Shown here one piece after another: positions 60,300 through 64,000 of a stretch of DNA of 64,000 nt. The stretch comes from Octopus bimaculoides (taxonomy: Eukaryota), in contig NC_068994.1 in the NCBI RefSeq assembly GCF_001194135.2, forward strand, positions 12,811,303-12,875,302. Direction: 5' to 3'. A program made the position numbers and the translations under genes. Position 1 is the stretch's first letter, and every line of letters begins with the position of its first letter. A model generated the notes under the pieces. That model did no database searches. It was not told the DNA's origin and saw nothing but the letters and a program-made list of their open reading frames with translations.

Positions 60300-61310
60300 G
60301 TTTGACTTTTGCTTTGTATTTGTACAAGTTGGCTCCAAGTCTCACCCAGAGNNNNNNNNNNNNNNNNNNNNNNNNNNNNNNNNNNNNNNNNNNNNNNNNN
60401 NNNNNNNNNNNNNNNNNNNNNNNNNNNNNNNNNNNNNNNNNNNNNNNNNNNNNNNNNNNNNNNNNNNNNNNNNNNNNNNNNNNNNNNNNNNNNNNNNNNN
60501 NNNNNNNNNNNNNNNNNNNNNNNNNNNNNNNNNNNNNNNNNNNNNNNNNNNNNNNNNNNNNNNNNNNNNNNNNNNNNNNNNNNNNNNNNNNNNNNNNNNN
60601 NNNNNNNNNNNNNNNNNNNNNNNNNNNNNNNNNNNNNNNNNNNNNNNNNNNNNNNNNNNNNNNNNNNNNNNNNNNNNNNNNNNNNNNNNNNNNNNNNNNN
60701 NNNNNNNNNNNNNNNNNNNNNNNNNNNNNNNNNNNNNNNNNNNNNNNNNNNNNNNNNNNNNNNNNNNNNNNNNNNNNNNNNNNNNNNNNNNNNNNNNNNN
60801 NNNNNNNNNNNNNNNNNNNNNNNNNNNNNNNNNNNNNNNNNNNNNNNNNNNNNNNNNNNNNNNNNNNNNNNNNNNNNNNNNNNNNNNNNNNNNNNNNNNN
60901 NNNNNNNNNNNNNNNNNNNNNNNNNNNNNNNNNNNNNNNNNNNNNNNNNNNNNNCAGGTTCCACATTTCGCCAATTTCTATTTCAAGATCTTTATACTTG
61001 CTCAGTTTTTCGTAGGTCTTGACAGATACATTTATATCAATTGGGACAGTCATATCAATGAGGAGGCATAATTTTTGGCCTATTCACATCTATCTTTCTG
61101 TCAGTTTGAATGGTGAAGTTCCAGAGGAGTGAGATGTGATCATTTTCAAGCACTGGAGGTGGTTTGTGTTCCTACCAGTTTTTATCATGGGGCAAGTCCA
61201 GGTTTTTGCAAATTACCCAGTGAATATATTGTGTAGCTCTATCATGCCTGTTGAGATACTCTGTAGGCGCAAGAAGACTGCACATGGAGCCAACATGATC
61301 AACGGTTTCA
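60300..61310 (-). mobile_element. 5'-truncated R4/Dong-clade LINE (zinc-knuckle remnant plus RLE) spanning a gap
   Basis: ETVDHVGSMCSLLAPTEYLNRHDRATQYIHWVIC..LLWNFTIQTDRKID..MTVPIDINVSVKTYEKLSKYKDLEIEIGEMWNL. It has internal stops and microsatellites at both ends. Confidence 0.9.
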
Positions 61311-61402
<92 letters not shown>

Positions 61403-62159
61403 GGCGGTGAGCTGGCAGAATTGTTAGCATACCGGGCAAAATGCCTAATGGCATTTTGTCTGCCTTCACGTTCTGAGTTCAAATTCTGCTGAGGTTGGCT
61501 TTGCCTTTCATTTTTTCGAGGTCGATAAATTAACTACCAGTGAAACACTGGAATTGATGTAAGTATTATTAGGAAGCAAGTATTAGGAAGAGGTAGGCAA
61601 TGCAACTAGTAAAACCACCTCCCCCAAGCCAGAAATAGTCTTAATTAAGAAAAAAAGCAAGCTATGGAAGATGGATGTTAAACGATGATGATGATGATAA
61701 TTCTATTGAAATGATTGTCTTGTACAAGATATAGGCTGTTCCTAGCAGAGCTATTTTTTGGATAGTATGTGGTGTTGTGAACCCTGCTTTGGTTTCTGTT
61801 TCTTTTCATACTTTTTAAAATCATGCCTAATGCTCCAGTTACTAGTGGTGCTGTTTTAATGCTCATTCATCACATCTTAAACATTTCAATTTGAAGGTTT
61901 CTCCATTTTCTTCCAGGCAATATTTTCATCAGAAGAAAGACAGTGAGTTGGCAGAATTGTTAGCATTCCTGGCAGAATGCTTAATGGCATGTCATCCATC
62001 TCCATGTTCTGGTTTCAAATTCTGCCAAGGTCAACTTTGCCTGTCATCCTTTCAGGGTCACTAAAATAAAGTACCAGTTGAACACTGGGATCAATGCAAT
62101 CAACCTACCCCTCCCACGAAATTGCTAACCTTGCTAAATGGTCTTTGCACATTTAATAA

Positions 62160-63000
62160 TCTCGGTATCTTCCAGTTTGTTGGCCTTCTCAGCGAAAGTT
62201 CATGTCACTGAAGGAAACCATCCAGCCAGTGTTGTGATGCTTTGAATTCTTCTGGAAATATACCAAACTGTGGTGTTTTTGCAAAGGCAAATGCTTGAAT
62301 ATCAGTCCTGCAAACAACCAAAACCTTTGCTCTCCTGTCAGCAAACCATTCACGGATCATGTCTTCCAGCTCAGAAAATAGTGGTTGCCGACCTGATCCA
62401 CACTTGGGTTTTTTGCATTTCCCTCACCATTTTCGAACCATTCGGAGATCCAAATTCTTTTCTTCTTTACAGAAAACAGTAAGATTCTTGCCCAGTGATT
62501 CCTCCATGATTCCTTTCTTGTACTCAATGGAATAACTCTTTTTTCTTGCACTCATCTTGTCTTGGGGTGAAAATGACCTAACAAATGATTTCTCATTCAA
62601 TTCCATTATGTAATTTTCTGGGAGTTTTTTGCCTTGAAAAAAAATGTGTACTTTATTGTTTTTCACATCTACTGACCAGTACTGACCACTGATGAAAATG
62701 TTACACAACACACTTGAAAGTTCCGAACATGGGCTGTCAATTGAGGTATACCTTATTAATATTTGAGTTACATAAGAGACACCGGGTTAGATTTTGTGAC
62801 ATCACTATTTTTAGCCACCAAAAAGATATTTTGAACAGTGTATACAACAAAGCAGTTTGAATTAATATGAAGAGGCAACTTATTTTTTTCGTCTGTCTGC
62901 CGCTCTCAACTAGGGCTTATTTTAAGGGAAGGGCTTATATTAAAATCATCCTGAAAAATCATGCTTGGTCTTATTTTCTGGTTAGGTCTTATTTTCATAC
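62160..63000 (-). mobile_element. pogo/Tigger-type transposon 5' remnant (HTH/CENP-B domain)
   Basis: From ATG 62555(-): MSARKKSYSIEYKKGIMEES..DLRMVRKW*..GSGRQPLFSELEDMIREWFADRRAK..DIQAFA. Subterminal ggtcttatttt repeats lie at 62905-63000. Confidence 0.82.
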
Positions 63001-63314
63001 ATGACAGGCTTCTTTCAGTTTTTGTCTACCAAATCCACTCACAAGGCTTTGGTCAGCCATGCAGTGGGACTGAACCTGGAACCATGTGTTTGGGAAACAA
63101 AACTTCTTGCCATATCATTCATCAATAATCAAGAAATATTATGGCTAATTAGTGACTTGTTTTAAGAATTAATCGTTTTTTTACTTTCTTTAAGATGGTT
63201 TAAACAAAAAAGGCAACTAATTTGTAAAAATGAAATTTGTGAAATGTTTTTGGATTAAATAAAATATTTTTGTTCTTTTTCTCCTCTCATTTAATTCTTC
63301 ACTGACACCTCTAC

Positions 63315-63650
63315 CAACATCATCATCATCATCATCATCATCAACAACGACTATGACAACAACAACAACAGCAGCAGCAATATCAGCACCACCACCAACA
63401 CCAACAATAACAAGACCACTGTCCCCATCACAACCACCACTAACAACAACAAGAACAACCTCACTCCCCCCACCAGCAACACTATCAACCACCACCACCA
63501 CCACCATCAACGATGACAACAACACCAACATCAACATCAGTAGCATCCCCAACAACAGCAGCAGCAGCAACAATACCACCACCATCACCATCACCATCAC
63601 CTCCTCCATCAGCACCATCAACAGCAACAACACCCCCTCAGTCACCACCA
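63315..63650. repeat. Degenerate (CAN)n trinucleotide low-complexity tract
   Basis: CAT/CAA/CAC/CAG runs. Similar tracts lie at 40870-41050, 50265-50350, 54310-54450, 57480-57660 and 58260-58480. Confidence 0.9.
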
Positions 63651-64000
63651 CTGTTTTCATTCAGGTAGCCATGACAACAAGACATAACAACAGCAGAAAC
63701 CAACAAGAAAGTGTCTGGGAGGTTGCTCACCCACCCTGCTAGAAATAGCAGCCAAATTTCCTTCCAATTCACTCTCTTACTCTTTTTTTTTAAAAAAAAA
63801 AGGAAGGAAGGACACATTGAATATTGTAGTTTTAGATATGGGAAAAGTACAGGATGGTCATGGCTGGGACGCATTTCATCCTAGATCTGCTGGATCAGAG
63901 CTGATTTTGAGCTAAACTGTAACAGTAAAACCATGGCAGTGGCAGCTGGCACCCCTACTGCACCATCCCACCTTGTCACCACTACCATTACTACTACCAC

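Noticed and set aside
1046-61071. Long ORFs of 200-380 aa in the ORF track that are mostly X
   Set aside because: They are open only because they run through N gaps; there is no coding evidence.
63217-63742. Thr/Ser-rich mucin-like ORF (+) and Val-rich ORF (-)
   Set aside because: This is a degenerate (CAN)n tract of a type repeated several times in the window, with no splice context or domain.
1-64000. CRISPR arrays, rRNA genes, operon-like or prokaryotic systems
   Set aside because: There are no regularly spaced repeat-spacer arrays or rRNA-like segments; the window is spliceosomal-intron animal DNA.

Overview
This is eukaryotic, AT-rich, gap-ridden animal DNA. The repeat landscape (dense (TA)n/(CA)n/(TAA)n/(GAT)n microsatellites, tRNA-headed SINEs, RTE and R4/Dong LINE debris, DNA-transposon MITEs) resembles an octopus draft scaffold; the species is an inference. 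Two intron-rich genes lie on the + strand. (1) Dymeclin (DYM), 638-21701: 14 coding exons were spliced by hand with consistent phases, and one exon of length 3n+2 is not visible, probably lost in an assembly gap. (2) A divergent DEG/ENaC channel of the ASIC/BASIC-like type, 30440 to about 45248: HG motif, all ten thumb cysteines and the [13 protein letters not shown]2 motif are present; one exon is probably in a gap, one is uncertain, and the last exon is unresolved. Almost all other ORFs in the track are artefacts of microsatellites, N-runs or transposon remnants. The most unusual signal is a set of minimal type-I hammerhead-ribozyme motifs in at least four unrelated repeat contexts (about 318, 3563/4477, 44779, 51512). 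One sits in a 253-nt unit with terminal direct repeats and one lies downstream of a Penelope GIY-YIG remnant. Every individual copy carries at least one core or stem defect. No computation or database search was run; repeat boundaries are approximate unless a TSD or TIR is quoted.
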